Shown here: piece by piece, positions 18,618 through 27,442 of the stretch
Numbering within the stretch: position 1 is the first letter of the stretch
Layout: every line of letters starts with the position of its first letter
Source: Sneathiellales bacterium
GTDB lineage: Bacteria > Pseudomonadota > Alphaproteobacteria > JANQFL01
Reading direction: 5' to 3'
NCBI GenBank assembly: GCA_028277845.1
Contig: JANQFL010000087.1
Coordinates: forward strand, 13,704 to 77,703
Length of the DNA: 64,000 nt
Position numbers and translations under genes: made by a program
Notes under the pieces: generated by a model
What the model saw: the letters and a program-made list of their open reading frames with translations, nothing else
What the model was told of the DNA's origin: nothing
The model's database searches: none

Positions 18618-18657
18618 GACGTCGAACGGCAGGGCGTTATCCGATCGGCTAGGCAGG

Positions 18658-19365
18658 TTATTGGGCAACGGTGTTCTGCTCCAAGGTCGATGACTTGAGC
18701 GCGCCGATGACCTCGTGCGCGCTCGCCGTGGCCCAGGACGGGCCCAGTGTATCCATGATGCGGTGGGCGCGTTCCAGATCCTCCACGGTATCGACGGAGA
18801 CGTTTTGCTGCGACAGGTCTTCATCGAGGCAAACATTTTCAATGCGAAACGCATCGGTGTAACGGTACATGTGGCGGGTCAGGTGTTCGCGGTCTTCCGG
18901 GTCGTCGCTGGCGGCAATGGCGCGCTGCAGCGCCTGTGTCTGGATCACTTCGACGGTCATGCCGACGGGAAAGGAACGGGGAAACGCATTCGTCGCCAGG
19001 TCTGCACCGGTGTTCTGCTGCAAATCCCGCAACTGTGTCATCACATCGATCGGCACGAACGGACTGTCGCCGGTCACACGGATAAACGTCTCCAGGCCAT
19101 GTAATTGCGCACATGCCAGCGCCCGGCCGGCAACATCATCGCACGATCCACGAAACACGCCGACCTGTTCGTTATCCGCCAGTTCCGCAATGGCGTCGTC
19201 GACCGGTCGGTCCGAGGTGGCGACGAAAATCGGCAGCGCGGGGTGCAAGGCGCGCAACCGTTCGAGCACCCGGCTCAACAACGGTTTTCCGGCCAGGGCG
19301 ATGAGGGCCTTGCCCGGCAGGCGCACCGAGTCGAAGCGGGAAAAGACGAGAATTCCGGCGGTCAT
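18658..19365 (-). CDS. cytidylyltransferase, SpsF/PseF-like (CTP_transf_3 type)
   Basis: Start at internal Met (MTAGILVFSRFDSVRLPGKAL), the characteristic N-terminus of this family; the upstream 104 codons of the ORF are low-complexity. Confidence 0.7.
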   Translation of the reverse strand: MTAGILVFSRFDSVRLPGKALIALAGKPLLSRVLERLRALHPALPIFVATSDRPVDDAIAELADNEQVGVFRGSCDDVAGRALACAQLHGLETFIRVTGDSPFVPIDVMTQLRDLQQNTGADLATNAFPRSFPVGMTVEVIQTQALQRAIAASDDPEDREHLTRHMYRYTDAFRIENVCLDEDLSQQNVSVDTVEDLERAHRIMDTLGPSWATASAHEVIGALKSSTLEQNTVAQ

Positions 19366-19369
19366 GGCG

Positions 19370-20437
19370 TCATGCGTTCGACAGTTGGTCCCACGTTTCC
19401 TTGTACCACTGGCAGTACCGCAGATAGCCGTCCTCGAGTGACCAATTCGGCTCGAAGCCCAGTTCGGTTTGGGCGCGTTCCACCGACAATGTGCCGCGGA
19501 TCGGCTTGTCCTTGGCACGCGGGCGTTCCTCCAGGATGACGTTGGGGACGACCTGCTGCACGACCGATGCAAGTTCGGCGATGGTGCGCGCGCTGCCGCG
19601 CGTGATGTTGAAGGTCTGCGACGCCGGTTTGCCGGGATGGAATGCCAAGGCTCGGATGATTCCCTGTACCAGGTCATCGATATAGGTGAAGTCCAGACGG
19701 CCGTCCCCGCCGCCTTCCAGCAGCAATGGCTTGCCGGTCATGGCGTTCTCGATGAAGATTTGGCTGACCCTGCGGCTGACGCAACGTTCGCCATACAGGG
19801 CGCTGGGGCGGATGATCGACGTGCCGATACCGTGTTGGTGGTTGTAGGTGCGGACCAGCCGTTCAGCCATATATTTGGTGTTGGCGTAGATGCCGCGCGG
19901 CCGCGGACGGGTGCTTTCGTTGACGCTGTCGCCCTCGAAGTCGCCATACACCGTGCTCGAACTCATCAGCATGACAAGATCGACGGGCGCCGCTTCCATG
20001 CGCACCAGTTCGAGCACGTTGCGCAGGGTGATCAGCTGCAAATCGAAACACAGGCCGGGGTCCTTGCGGGCCTGAACGGCGCTGGCGATCGCCGACAGAT
20101 GCACCACCTTGGTCGGCTGGTAGTCATGGAACCAACGCATCAGTTCGACCGGGTCGCGGGCGTCGGCGTTGCACAGTTGGATACCCGCGTCCTTCATCAT
20201 GGCGAACCGCGTCAGCAGGAAGTGCCGGTAGATCCGGCTTTCCAGCGGATCGGTCCGGGCTCCGTAAACGCTGTCGACCAGGCTATTGACCATGAGATTG
20301 TCGAGAACCATGACATCTATGCCCAATCGCCGCAGCTCAAGCGCCAGGTGGTGGCCGATGAAGCCTGCACCGCCGACCAACATGACACGGTCGTTTTCCA
20401 GTTTCTTGGGTACGGCGGCGTAGGAGAGGTCAGTCAT
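19370..20437 (-). CDS. NAD-dependent epimerase/dehydratase (extended SDR); first gene of the glycan island
   Basis: Rossmann motif LVGGAGFIGHHL and catalytic YANTK; AAAGGA-like RBS about 10 nt upstream of the ATG. Confidence 0.8.
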   Translation of the reverse strand: MTDLSYAAVPKKLENDRVMLVGGAGFIGHHLALELRRLGIDVMVLDNLMVNSLVDSVYGARTDPLESRIYRHFLLTRFAMMKDAGIQLCNADARDPVELMRWFHDYQPTKVVHLSAIASAVQARKDPGLCFDLQLITLRNVLELVRMEAAPVDLVMLMSSSTVYGDFEGDSVNESTRPRPRGIYANTKYMAERLVRTYNHQHGIGTSIIRPSALYGERCVSRRVSQIFIENAMTGKPLLLEGGGDGRLDFTYIDDLVQGIIRALAFHPGKPASQTFNITRGSARTIAELASVVQQVVPNVILEERPRAKDKPIRGTLSVERAQTELGFEPNWSLEDGYLRYCQWYKETWDQLSNA

Positions 20438-20467
20438 ACGTTACATCCTTTCAACTTGTCGCGATGC

Positions 20468-20742
20468 TCTGGAGCAATTCCTCTTTAGATGGAATCCATT
20501 CTGTTTCTCGAGCGGCCTGCCCATCCACCAGGAAGACGGGGCCGCGCGATGCCGGGCATCGCGCAAGCCGTCTAACGCCGTGGGGGGCGGCCGCTCGGAA
20601 ACCCGGAGGGACGGGCGTATTGGTGCCAAATCCGGCGGCTGCCGTCTCGGCCATACCCCCGGTATGGCCGTCACCGCCAGCCTTGGCCTTGGCACCAATA
20701 CGCCCGTCAGAATGTTTCCATCTAAAGAGGAATTGCTCTAGG
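20468..20742. repeat. large nested imperfect palindrome in the divergent intergenic region
   Basis: Outer arms 20468-20503 and 20708-20742 (core GAGCAATTCCTCTTTAGATGGAA / TTCCATCTAAAGAGGAATTGCTC, perfect 23 bp). Inner arms GACGGGCGTATTGGTGCCAA 20610-20629 / reverse complement 20689-20708. Central hairpin GGCCATACC-CCC-GGTATGGCC 20649-20669. Left arm carries ~105 bp extra with its own palindrome CGCGATGCCGGGCATCGCG. Confidence 0.75.
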
Positions 20743-20777
20743 TTTCGCCGAGCGATCGTAACGTCCGGAGTCCCGCA

Positions 20778-21197
20778 ATGCCTGTCATGACGGCGGAACA
20801 GATTCACAGCTTCCTGGAAGAACATTTTCCGCAGATTTCCCATCTCGATATGCGCATCGAGGATGTCCGGAAAAACGGCATCACGGTCCGGATTCCCTAT
20901 CACGAACGGCACCTGCGTCCCGGCGGCACCATATCCGGGCCGACCATGATGGCGTTGGCCGACGCCGGCACCTATCTGGCCATATTGGCCCAGCTCGGTC
21001 CGGTCGCCGAGGCCGTCACCACCAATCTGAACATCAATTTCCTCAGGAAACCCGGGCAAAACGACATCGTCGCCCAATGCAATATCCTGAAACTGGGCAA
21101 GCGGCTGGCGGTCGGCGAGGTCACCATTTTCAGCGCCGGCGAAGACGACCCCGTCGCCCACGCCACCATGACCTATTCGATCCCGCCCCGTGAATAG
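20778..21197 (+). CDS. PaaI-family (hotdog fold) thioesterase
   Basis: 139 aa; GGAG 8 nt upstream of the ATG; hotdog-thioesterase-like core (HGGTISGPTMMALADAG). Confidence 0.65.
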   Translation: MPVMTAEQIHSFLEEHFPQISHLDMRIEDVRKNGITVRIPYHERHLRPGGTISGPTMMALADAGTYLAILAQLGPVAEAVTTNLNINFLRKPGQNDIVAQCNILKLGKRLAVGEVTIFSAGEDDPVAHATMTYSIPPRE

Positions 21198-21268
21198 GGT
21201 AATATAATACCGCAATTTCAAGTTATTGAATTTGCAGCGAAATTCTTGCCGATTCTCAAACAAATGTG

Positions 21269-21297
21269 TTGACTTGCCCCTGCACCTCGACTAGAAA
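21269..21297 (+). promoter_or_regulatory. putative sigma70-type promoter for rplM-rpsI
   Basis: TTGACT - 17 nt - TAGAAA located ~70 nt upstream of the rplM ATG in an AT-rich intergenic stretch. Confidence 0.3.
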
Positions 21298-21367
21298 TCG
21301 CGCCCTGAATTCGGCTCGGCGCAGTGCCGGGCACCACGCCTGAATACAGGTTTTTTAAGGACCGACA

Positions 21368-21832
21368 ATGAAAACCTATTCCGCCAAACCCAGCGAGGTC
21401 GAGCGCAAGTGGTTGCTGATCGACGCCGAAGACGTCGTCCTCGGCCGTTTGGCCGTATACGTCGCCGACCGGCTGCGCGGCAAGCACAAGCCGATGTACA
21501 CCCCGCATATCGACTGCGGCGACAACGTCATCGTCATCAACGCCGAGAAGGTCAAGCTGACGGGCCGCAAGCGCACCGACAAGACCTACTACTGGCACAC
21601 CGGCTATCCGGGCGGCATCAAGAGCCGCACCGCCGACAAGATCCTGGACGGCGCCCATCCCGAGCGGGTGGTCGAAGCGGCCGTCAAGCGCATGCTGCCG
21701 GGCGGACCCTTGTCGCGTCAGCAGATGCGCAAGCTGAAGATCTATGCCGGCGCCGAGCACAAACACGAAGCCCAGTCGCCGGAAGTGGTCGACATCGCGG
21801 CATTGAACCCCAAGAACAAGAGGAGCGCGTAA
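21368..21832 (+). CDS. rplM: 50S ribosomal protein L13
   Basis: Conserved L13 sequence ([29 protein letters not shown]...). Confidence 0.95.
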   Translation: MKTYSAKPSEVERKWLLIDAEDVVLGRLAVYVADRLRGKHKPMYTPHIDCGDNVIVINAEKVKLTGRKRTDKTYYWHTGYPGGIKSRTADKILDGAHPERVVEAAVKRMLPGGPLSRQQMRKLKIYAGAEHKHEAQSPEVVDIAALNPKNKRSA

Positions 21833-21835
21833 TCC

Positions 21836-22336
21836 ATGAGCGAAGAAACGCGCACGTTGGATGACCTGAAAGACCTGGGCGACGCCGTCACCCCGAGTGA
21901 CGAGGCCGCGGCCGCACCGGCTGCGCCGGCGGAACCCCAGAAGGATGAATTCGGCCGGTCCTACGCCACGGGCAAGCGGAAAAACGCCGTGGCCCGCGTT
22001 TGGATCAAGCCCGGCGTCGGCCGTTTCACGGTCAACGGCAAGGACGGCGATGTCTATTTCGCCCGCCCGGTGCTGCGCATGCTGCTGCGCCAGCCGTTCA
22101 ACGCGGTCAACCGCAACGACCAGTTCGACGTGGTCTGCACGGTCAAGGGCGGCGGTCTCTCCGGCCAGGCCGGCGCCGTCCGCCACGGTATTTCCAAGGC
22201 ATTGACCCTGTTCGAGCCGGAACTGCGCCCGGCCCTGAAGCAGGGCGGCTTCCTGACCCGTGACTCCCGTGTAGTCGAGCGTAAGAAGTACGGCCGCCCC
22301 AAGGCGCGCCGCCGCTTCCAGTTCTCGAAACGCTAA
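21836..22336 (+). CDS. rpsI: 30S ribosomal protein S9
   Basis: Conserved S9 C-terminus ([19 protein letters not shown]...[25 protein letters not shown]). Confidence 0.95.
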   Translation: MSEETRTLDDLKDLGDAVTPSDEAAAAPAAPAEPQKDEFGRSYATGKRKNAVARVWIKPGVGRFTVNGKDGDVYFARPVLRMLLRQPFNAVNRNDQFDVVCTVKGGGLSGQAGAVRHGISKALTLFEPELRPALKQGGFLTRDSRVVERKKYGRPKARRRFQFSKR

Positions 22337-22362
22337 CCCGACTTTACGGTCACACGAAAAAA

Positions 22363-22389
22363 GGGTTGCGTTTCGCAGCCCTTTTTTTT
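22363..22389 (+). terminator. rho-independent terminator after rpsI
   Basis: GGGTTGCG-TTT-CGCAGCCC hairpin followed by an 8-T tract. Confidence 0.6.
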
Positions 22390-22432
22390 CGCCCCGGGGC
22401 TGCGGCAACCCGTTAGGATCAGAGGCAAAACG

Positions 22433-23494
22433 GTGACGGTTATGACCAACGCAAACTCGAAGATCAAAATCGGCGTTCTCGGCGCCAGCGGCTATACGGG
22501 CGCCGATCTCGTGCGGCTCCTGCTGCTGCACCCCAACGCGGAGATCTCGCTGCTGACGGCCGACCGCCGGGCAGGGGAATCTTATGCGGCGGTCTATCCC
22601 CATCTGGCCGGGCGCGGACTGCCTGATCTGGTGGCCATCCAGGACGCCGACTGGTCGGGCGTCGATGCCGTGTTTTGCGGATTGCCCCACGGGACCACCC
22701 AGGAACTGATCGCCGCGCTGCCCGACCAGGTCAAGGTGATCGACCTGTCCGCCGATTTCCGTTTGCGTAACGCCGACACCTACGCCGAATGGTACGGTCA
22801 TGAACACCGGGCGCCGCATCTGCAGGGCGACGCCGTCTACGGCCTGACCGAACATGCCCGGGAGGCCGTCTCCGCCGCCCGCCTGGTGGCCTGCCCCGGC
22901 TGTTACCCGACCGCCGCCCTGATGGCGTTGCTGCCCCTGGTCGGCGGCGGCGTCATTGACCCCGCCGACATCGTCGTCGACGCCAAGTCGGGTGTGACCG
23001 GCGCGGGCCGGGGACTGAAGGAGGCCAATCTGTTCTGCGAGGTCGCCGAAGGCATTCATCCTTACGGAATTGCGTCGCACCGGCACGCGCCCGAAATCGA
23101 GCAGGAACTGAGCTTGGCCGCCGGCAAGGACATCCTGATCAACTTCACGCCGCATCTCATGCCCATGAACCGGGGCGAGTTGCTGACCTGCTATGTGCGC
23201 ATGACCGAGGGCCATACCGCCGACGACCTGCGCGCCACGCTGGCCGAACGGTACGACGACGAATACTTCGTCACGGTGGTCGAACCCGGCGTGGTGCCGG
23301 CGACCCGCCACATACGCGGCTCCAATCACTGCCTGATCGGTGTCTTCGCCGACCGGATACCGGGCCGGGCGATCGTCGTGTCGACGCTGGACAATCTGGT
23401 CAAGGGATCGAGCGGCCAGGCCATCCAGAACATGAACCTGATGTTCGGCCTGCCCGAAACCACGGCGTTGGAACAGGCACCACTGTTTCCGTAA
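22433..23494 (+). CDS. argC: N-acetyl-gamma-glutamyl-phosphate reductase
   Basis: NAD(P)-binding IGVLGASGYTGADLVRLL and the family active-site region; the L13/S9/argC arrangement is common in alphaproteobacteria. Confidence 0.9.
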   Translation: MTVMTNANSKIKIGVLGASGYTGADLVRLLLLHPNAEISLLTADRRAGESYAAVYPHLAGRGLPDLVAIQDADWSGVDAVFCGLPHGTTQELIAALPDQVKVIDLSADFRLRNADTYAEWYGHEHRAPHLQGDAVYGLTEHAREAVSAARLVACPGCYPTAALMALLPLVGGGVIDPADIVVDAKSGVTGAGRGLKEANLFCEVAEGIHPYGIASHRHAPEIEQELSLAAGKDILINFTPHLMPMNRGELLTCYVRMTEGHTADDLRATLAERYDDEYFVTVVEPGVVPATRHIRGSNHCLIGVFADRIPGRAIVVSTLDNLVKGSSGQAIQNMNLMFGLPETTALEQAPLFP

Positions 23495-23517
23495 ATCCAT
23501 AACCGAGTCACAGCCCC

Positions 23518-24051
23518 ATGCAGCCGATCATTCATGCCTACAAAGGCATCTCGCCCATCATCGCCGACGATGCCTTCATCGCTCCCGGCGCCGCCGTCAT
23601 CGGCAACACGCACATCGGCAGCAAGTCGAGCATCTGGTATGCCTGCGTCGTCCGCGGTGATGAAAACAAGATCCGCATCGGCGACAACACCAACATCCAG
23701 GACGGCACGGTCGTGCACATCACCAGCAAGACCCACGGCACGTTCATCGGCAACAACGTGACCGTCGGCCACAGCGCGCTGATCCACGGCTGTACGTTGG
23801 AAGACGGCGCCTTCGTCGGCATGAAGGCGACGGTCATGGACGGCTGCGTGGTGGAAACCGGCGGCATGCTGGCGGCAGGATCGCTGCTCACGCCTGGCAA
23901 GGCCGTCAAGGCGGGTCAGCTATGGTCGGGATCACCGGCTCGCTACACCCGGGACCTGACGGACGAGGAACAGGCCTATTTCAGCGCCGCCGCCGGCCAT
24001 TATGTCGAAATGGCTCAGCAGTTCCGCCGCGACTTGGGCTGGACAGAGTAG
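23518..24051 (+). CDS. gamma-class carbonic anhydrase / hexapeptide-repeat family protein
   Basis: Left-handed beta-helix hexapeptide repeats (IGDNTNIQDGTVVH..., IGNNVTVGHSALIHGC...). Confidence 0.8.
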   Translation: MQPIIHAYKGISPIIADDAFIAPGAAVIGNTHIGSKSSIWYACVVRGDENKIRIGDNTNIQDGTVVHITSKTHGTFIGNNVTVGHSALIHGCTLEDGAFVGMKATVMDGCVVETGGMLAAGSLLTPGKAVKAGQLWSGSPARYTRDLTDEEQAYFSAAAGHYVEMAQQFRRDLGWTE

Positions 24052-24063
24052 GGCCGCGCGGCG

Positions 24064-25869
24064 TCAGTCCATCGCCTGGATCTTGACGTAGGACCCCGGC
24101 GCATCCTCGATCACGTCGAGCTTGCCGTCGCCCGGCACCCGGGCGGGCACCTTCTTGCCCGATTTCTTGGCCAGCCATGCATCCCAATCCTCCCACCAGG
24201 AGCCGGGATGTTCCTCGGCGTCGGCGAACCAGTCGTCGGGCGTCTTGTAGGTTTTTTTCTTTTCGTTGATCCAGTGCTGATATTTCTTCGCCGCCGGCGG
24301 ATTGATCACACCGGCGATGTGGCCGGAGCCGGACAGCACGAACCGCACCGGTCCGCTGTAGAGCCCGGTGGCCTTGAAGGCCGACGGCCAGGGCGCGATG
24401 TGGTCTTCCTTGCTGGCCAGAATGTAGGTCGGCGTCTTGATCCGGCGCAGATCGATTTTCTCGCCGCCCAGTTCCAGGCCATCCGGCGCCGACAACAGGT
24501 TCTTCTGGTACATGTTGCGCAGGTAGTAGCTGTGCATGGCCGCCGGCATGCGGGTGGCGTCCTGGTTCCAGTAGAGCAGATCGAAGGGGAAGGGGTCCTT
24601 GCCCAGCAGGTAGTTGTTTACCACGAACGACCAGATCAGGTCGTTGGCCCGCAGCATGTTGAAGGTCGTCGCCATGGCGCTGCCCTCCAAATAGCCGCTT
24701 TTTTCCATGCGGTTTTCGAGCGATTTGATCTGTTCCTCGTCGACGAAGACCGTCAGTTCGCCGGCCTCGGAGAAATCCACCTGGGCGGCGAAGTAGGTTA
24801 CCGCCTTGATACGGTCGTCGCCGATCGCCGCCATATAGGCCAGCGTCGCCGCCATCAATGTGCCGGCCAGGCAATAGCCGATGGCGGTGACGTTCTTTTC
24901 GCCGGTAGCTAACTCGATAGCATCGAGGGCGGCCAGAATGCCTTCCTGCATGTAGTCCTCGAAGGTCTTGTTGGACAGTTTCTCGTCGGGATTGACCCAG
25001 GAGATGACGAAAACGGTATAGCCGTGATCCACGGCCCATTTGATGAAGGAATTGTCCTGGCGTAGATCGAGGATGTAGAACTTGTTGATCCACGGCGGGG
25101 CGATCAGCAATGGCCGCTTGTACACCTGCTTGGTGGTCGGCGTGTATTGAATCAACTGCATGAGCTCGTTCTGATAAACCACCTTGCCCGGCGTGACGGC
25201 AACGTTCTCACCCAGCGTAAAGGCGTCCAGGTCGGTCATCTTGATGGCCAACTGCCCTTTACCCCGTTCCAGGTCGGACAGCATGTTATTCAGTCCATTG
25301 ACCAGGTTTTCGCCGTTGCTGTCGAAGGTGGAGCGCAGCACCTCGGGGTTTGTCATGACGAAATTGCTGGGCGCCATGGCGTCGACGAATTGACGGGTGT
25401 AGAACTCGACCTTCTGCTTGGACTTGCCGTCCATACCCTCCACATCGGACACCGTCGATTGGAGCCAGCGGGCGGTCAGCAGATAGGATTGCTTGATGAA
25501 GTCGAATATCTGGTTTTCGTCCCAGGCCGAATCCCGGAACCGGCGATCACCCCGTTCCGGCGACACATGGGGATCGACCTCCTGGCCGAGCATGCGTTGC
25601 GTCGTTTTTTGCCATAATTCCAAATAATCTTGCCACAACCCCATCTGCGCTTCGACCAAACGGGTCGGATCGGCCATCATTTTGGCCGTCATATCCAGGA
25701 AAGCGCCGCCGATATTCAGCGGATCGGCATCTCCCGTGGCGGAATCCTCGGTCTGGTTCTTCAGAAACTCGGTAACAAGGCGCTGGCTTTGCGAGGCAAT
25801 TTTTGCCATGTTCTTCGAGAATTCTGCCGGATCGGGGAAGTTAAGGTCGTTGCCTGGTTGATCGGCCAT
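24064..25869 (-). CDS. phaC: class I poly(3-hydroxyalkanoate) synthase
   Basis: Start at internal Met (MADQPGNDL) with AAGGA RBS; lipase box GYCLAG. The 147-codon N-terminal extension in the ORF track is rejected. Confidence 0.85.
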   Translation of the reverse strand: MADQPGNDLNFPDPAEFSKNMAKIASQSQRLVTEFLKNQTEDSATGDADPLNIGGAFLDMTAKMMADPTRLVEAQMGLWQDYLELWQKTTQRMLGQEVDPHVSPERGDRRFRDSAWDENQIFDFIKQSYLLTARWLQSTVSDVEGMDGKSKQKVEFYTRQFVDAMAPSNFVMTNPEVLRSTFDSNGENLVNGLNNMLSDLERGKGQLAIKMTDLDAFTLGENVAVTPGKVVYQNELMQLIQYTPTTKQVYKRPLLIAPPWINKFYILDLRQDNSFIKWAVDHGYTVFVISWVNPDEKLSNKTFEDYMQEGILAALDAIELATGEKNVTAIGYCLAGTLMAATLAYMAAIGDDRIKAVTYFAAQVDFSEAGELTVFVDEEQIKSLENRMEKSGYLEGSAMATTFNMLRANDLIWSFVVNNYLLGKDPFPFDLLYWNQDATRMPAAMHSYYLRNMYQKNLLSAPDGLELGGEKIDLRRIKTPTYILASKEDHIAPWPSAFKATGLYSGPVRFVLSGSGHIAGVINPPAAKKYQHWINEKKKTYKTPDDWFADAEEHPGSWWEDWDAWLAKKSGKKVPARVPGDGKLDVIEDAPGSYVKIQAMD

Positions 25870-26086
25870 TACCCTATCCTTTATTCTTGTGCGCGCCGTA
25901 AGGTTTGGAATTAACGGACAAATTTGAATTTTTATTGAATTTACGGGTGACCACGCGCATTCGCAAGCTTCGGTCTGCACTAGGTTGTCGATGCGGATGA
26001 TGGCATGACGGTGTTTCATGACCGCAAAAGAACGACACGATACCCAGATTGCGGTCTGGTTCGGTCGTGGTTTATGGGGGTGACGT

Positions 26087-27373
26087 ATGTACCATGAGTC
26101 TGACTCTCTTCGCCGAGGGGTCCGCCGGGCGCGCCTTGGTCGGGTTATCGGTCCCATCCTGGCGGTCGGGTTGCTGTCCGGCTGCAGCTCCGTGCCGGAC
26201 TGGGCGAACCCGGTCGACTGGTACGACACGGTCACATCCGATTCGACCCCCCGGCCGGTACAACTGGAAACCGAAGAGGAAAAGGCGGAAGCCGACAAGC
26301 CGTTCCCCAATCTTGGCGCCGTACCGGACCGTCCGGAAGGCGGCAGCGCCGAACAGCGCCGTCAAGTTGCCGAGGGCCTGGTCGCGGACCGGGACAAGGC
26401 GAAATACACGGATGAAACGTTGCGCGCCGAAGGCACCGAGAGCGCACCGTCGGTCACGCCGCCAGCCGCCGCAACACCGCCACAGGCCGCGGCCCCCGTC
26501 CAGCAACCGGTTCAGCCACCGGTTCAGGCACCTGTGGCCGCCACGCCACCGGCCCCGCAACAGCCCACAACGTCGTTCGGTTCAAGTCCGACCCCGATGA
26601 TTGCCGCCATGACCCGCCAGCGCCAGGCCGGCGGGCAGGGCCAGGTGCCGTCGCTTTCGCAAGGAACGGATCAGTCCCGTTATGTGCCGCCGCCGCCGGC
26701 ATCCAGCACCACGCCGCCGTCGACCGTCCCGACGCCGGCCGCTATTCCCAACCAGGCGCCGGCGCTTAATCCGGTGACCCGCCCGTCTTACCCGAATTAT
26801 CCGCAAGCCCAGGCGTCATCGGGCAATATCCTGGGCGATACCTTCAGTTCCCGACTGCGCGATTCGGCCTCAACCGTGACGACGGCGCCGCCGAACGAAC
26901 AGTTCATCAGCTCAACTCAGCCCTATACCCCGACGGAACAGTCTGTCGCCTTTTCGTCGGCTCCGGCGCAGGCCGGATCTCCCGTCGCTTTGCCGTCGCT
27001 GTCGCCTCTGGTCGGCGGATCCCGTCAAATCGCCGTTGTCAAGTTTACCGACGGCTCCCACAACCTGACCGGCAAGGGCCGCTCGCAGCTCAAAAGCGTG
27101 GTCGCGGAATACAAAAAACGCCGCGGTATCATCCGTGTTGTCGGTCATGCCTCCAGCCGGACGCGGGATCTGAGCATTTCCCAGCACAAATTGGTCAATT
27201 TCGATATTTCCCTGAAACGGGCGCAATCGGTGGCCGGCCGGTTGACCCGCATGGGTGTTCGGTCGGAAGACGTACTGATCGAAGCCCGAGGCGACAGCGA
27301 ACCGCTCTATTTCGAAGCCATGCCCCGGGGCGAAGCCGAAAACAGACGGGTTGAAATCTTTCTCGAATATTAG
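26087..27373 (+). CDS. OmpA-family lipoprotein with proline-rich linker
   Basis: Lipobox LLSGC; long Pro/Ala/Gln-rich low-complexity region; C-terminal OmpA/MotB-like domain (RVVGHASSRT...NRRVEI). Confidence 0.75.
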   Translation: MYHESDSLRRGVRRARLGRVIGPILAVGLLSGCSSVPDWANPVDWYDTVTSDSTPRPVQLETEEEKAEADKPFPNLGAVPDRPEGGSAEQRRQVAEGLVADRDKAKYTDETLRAEGTESAPSVTPPAAATPPQAAAPVQQPVQPPVQAPVAATPPAPQQPTTSFGSSPTPMIAAMTRQRQAGGQGQVPSLSQGTDQSRYVPPPPASSTTPPSTVPTPAAIPNQAPALNPVTRPSYPNYPQAQASSGNILGDTFSSRLRDSASTVTTAPPNEQFISSTQPYTPTEQSVAFSSAPAQAGSPVALPSLSPLVGGSRQIAVVKFTDGSHNLTGKGRSQLKSVVAEYKKRRGIIRVVGHASSRTRDLSISQHKLVNFDISLKRAQSVAGRLTRMGVRSEDVLIEARGDSEPLYFEAMPRGEAENRRVEIFLEY

Positions 27374-27442
27374 TCCCGAATCGGCTAGACACAGTCTAAT
27401 TCGCTTCTAACGCCGGAACCCGCCTGGACGGGTTGAATTAGC

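Noticed and set aside
20441-20790. Two overlapping opposite-strand ORFs (20464-20790 plus, 20441-20698 minus) that both encode FHLKRNCSR
   Set aside because: The shared peptide is a mirror artefact of the inverted repeat; both are low-complexity and sit in the divergent intergenic region, so they are treated as non-coding.
24064-26310. 748 aa version of the phaC ORF
   Set aside because: The first 147 codons are low-complexity and lack the conserved PhaC N-terminus; an internal ATG at 25869 with AAGGA RBS gives a 601 aa protein of typical class I size.
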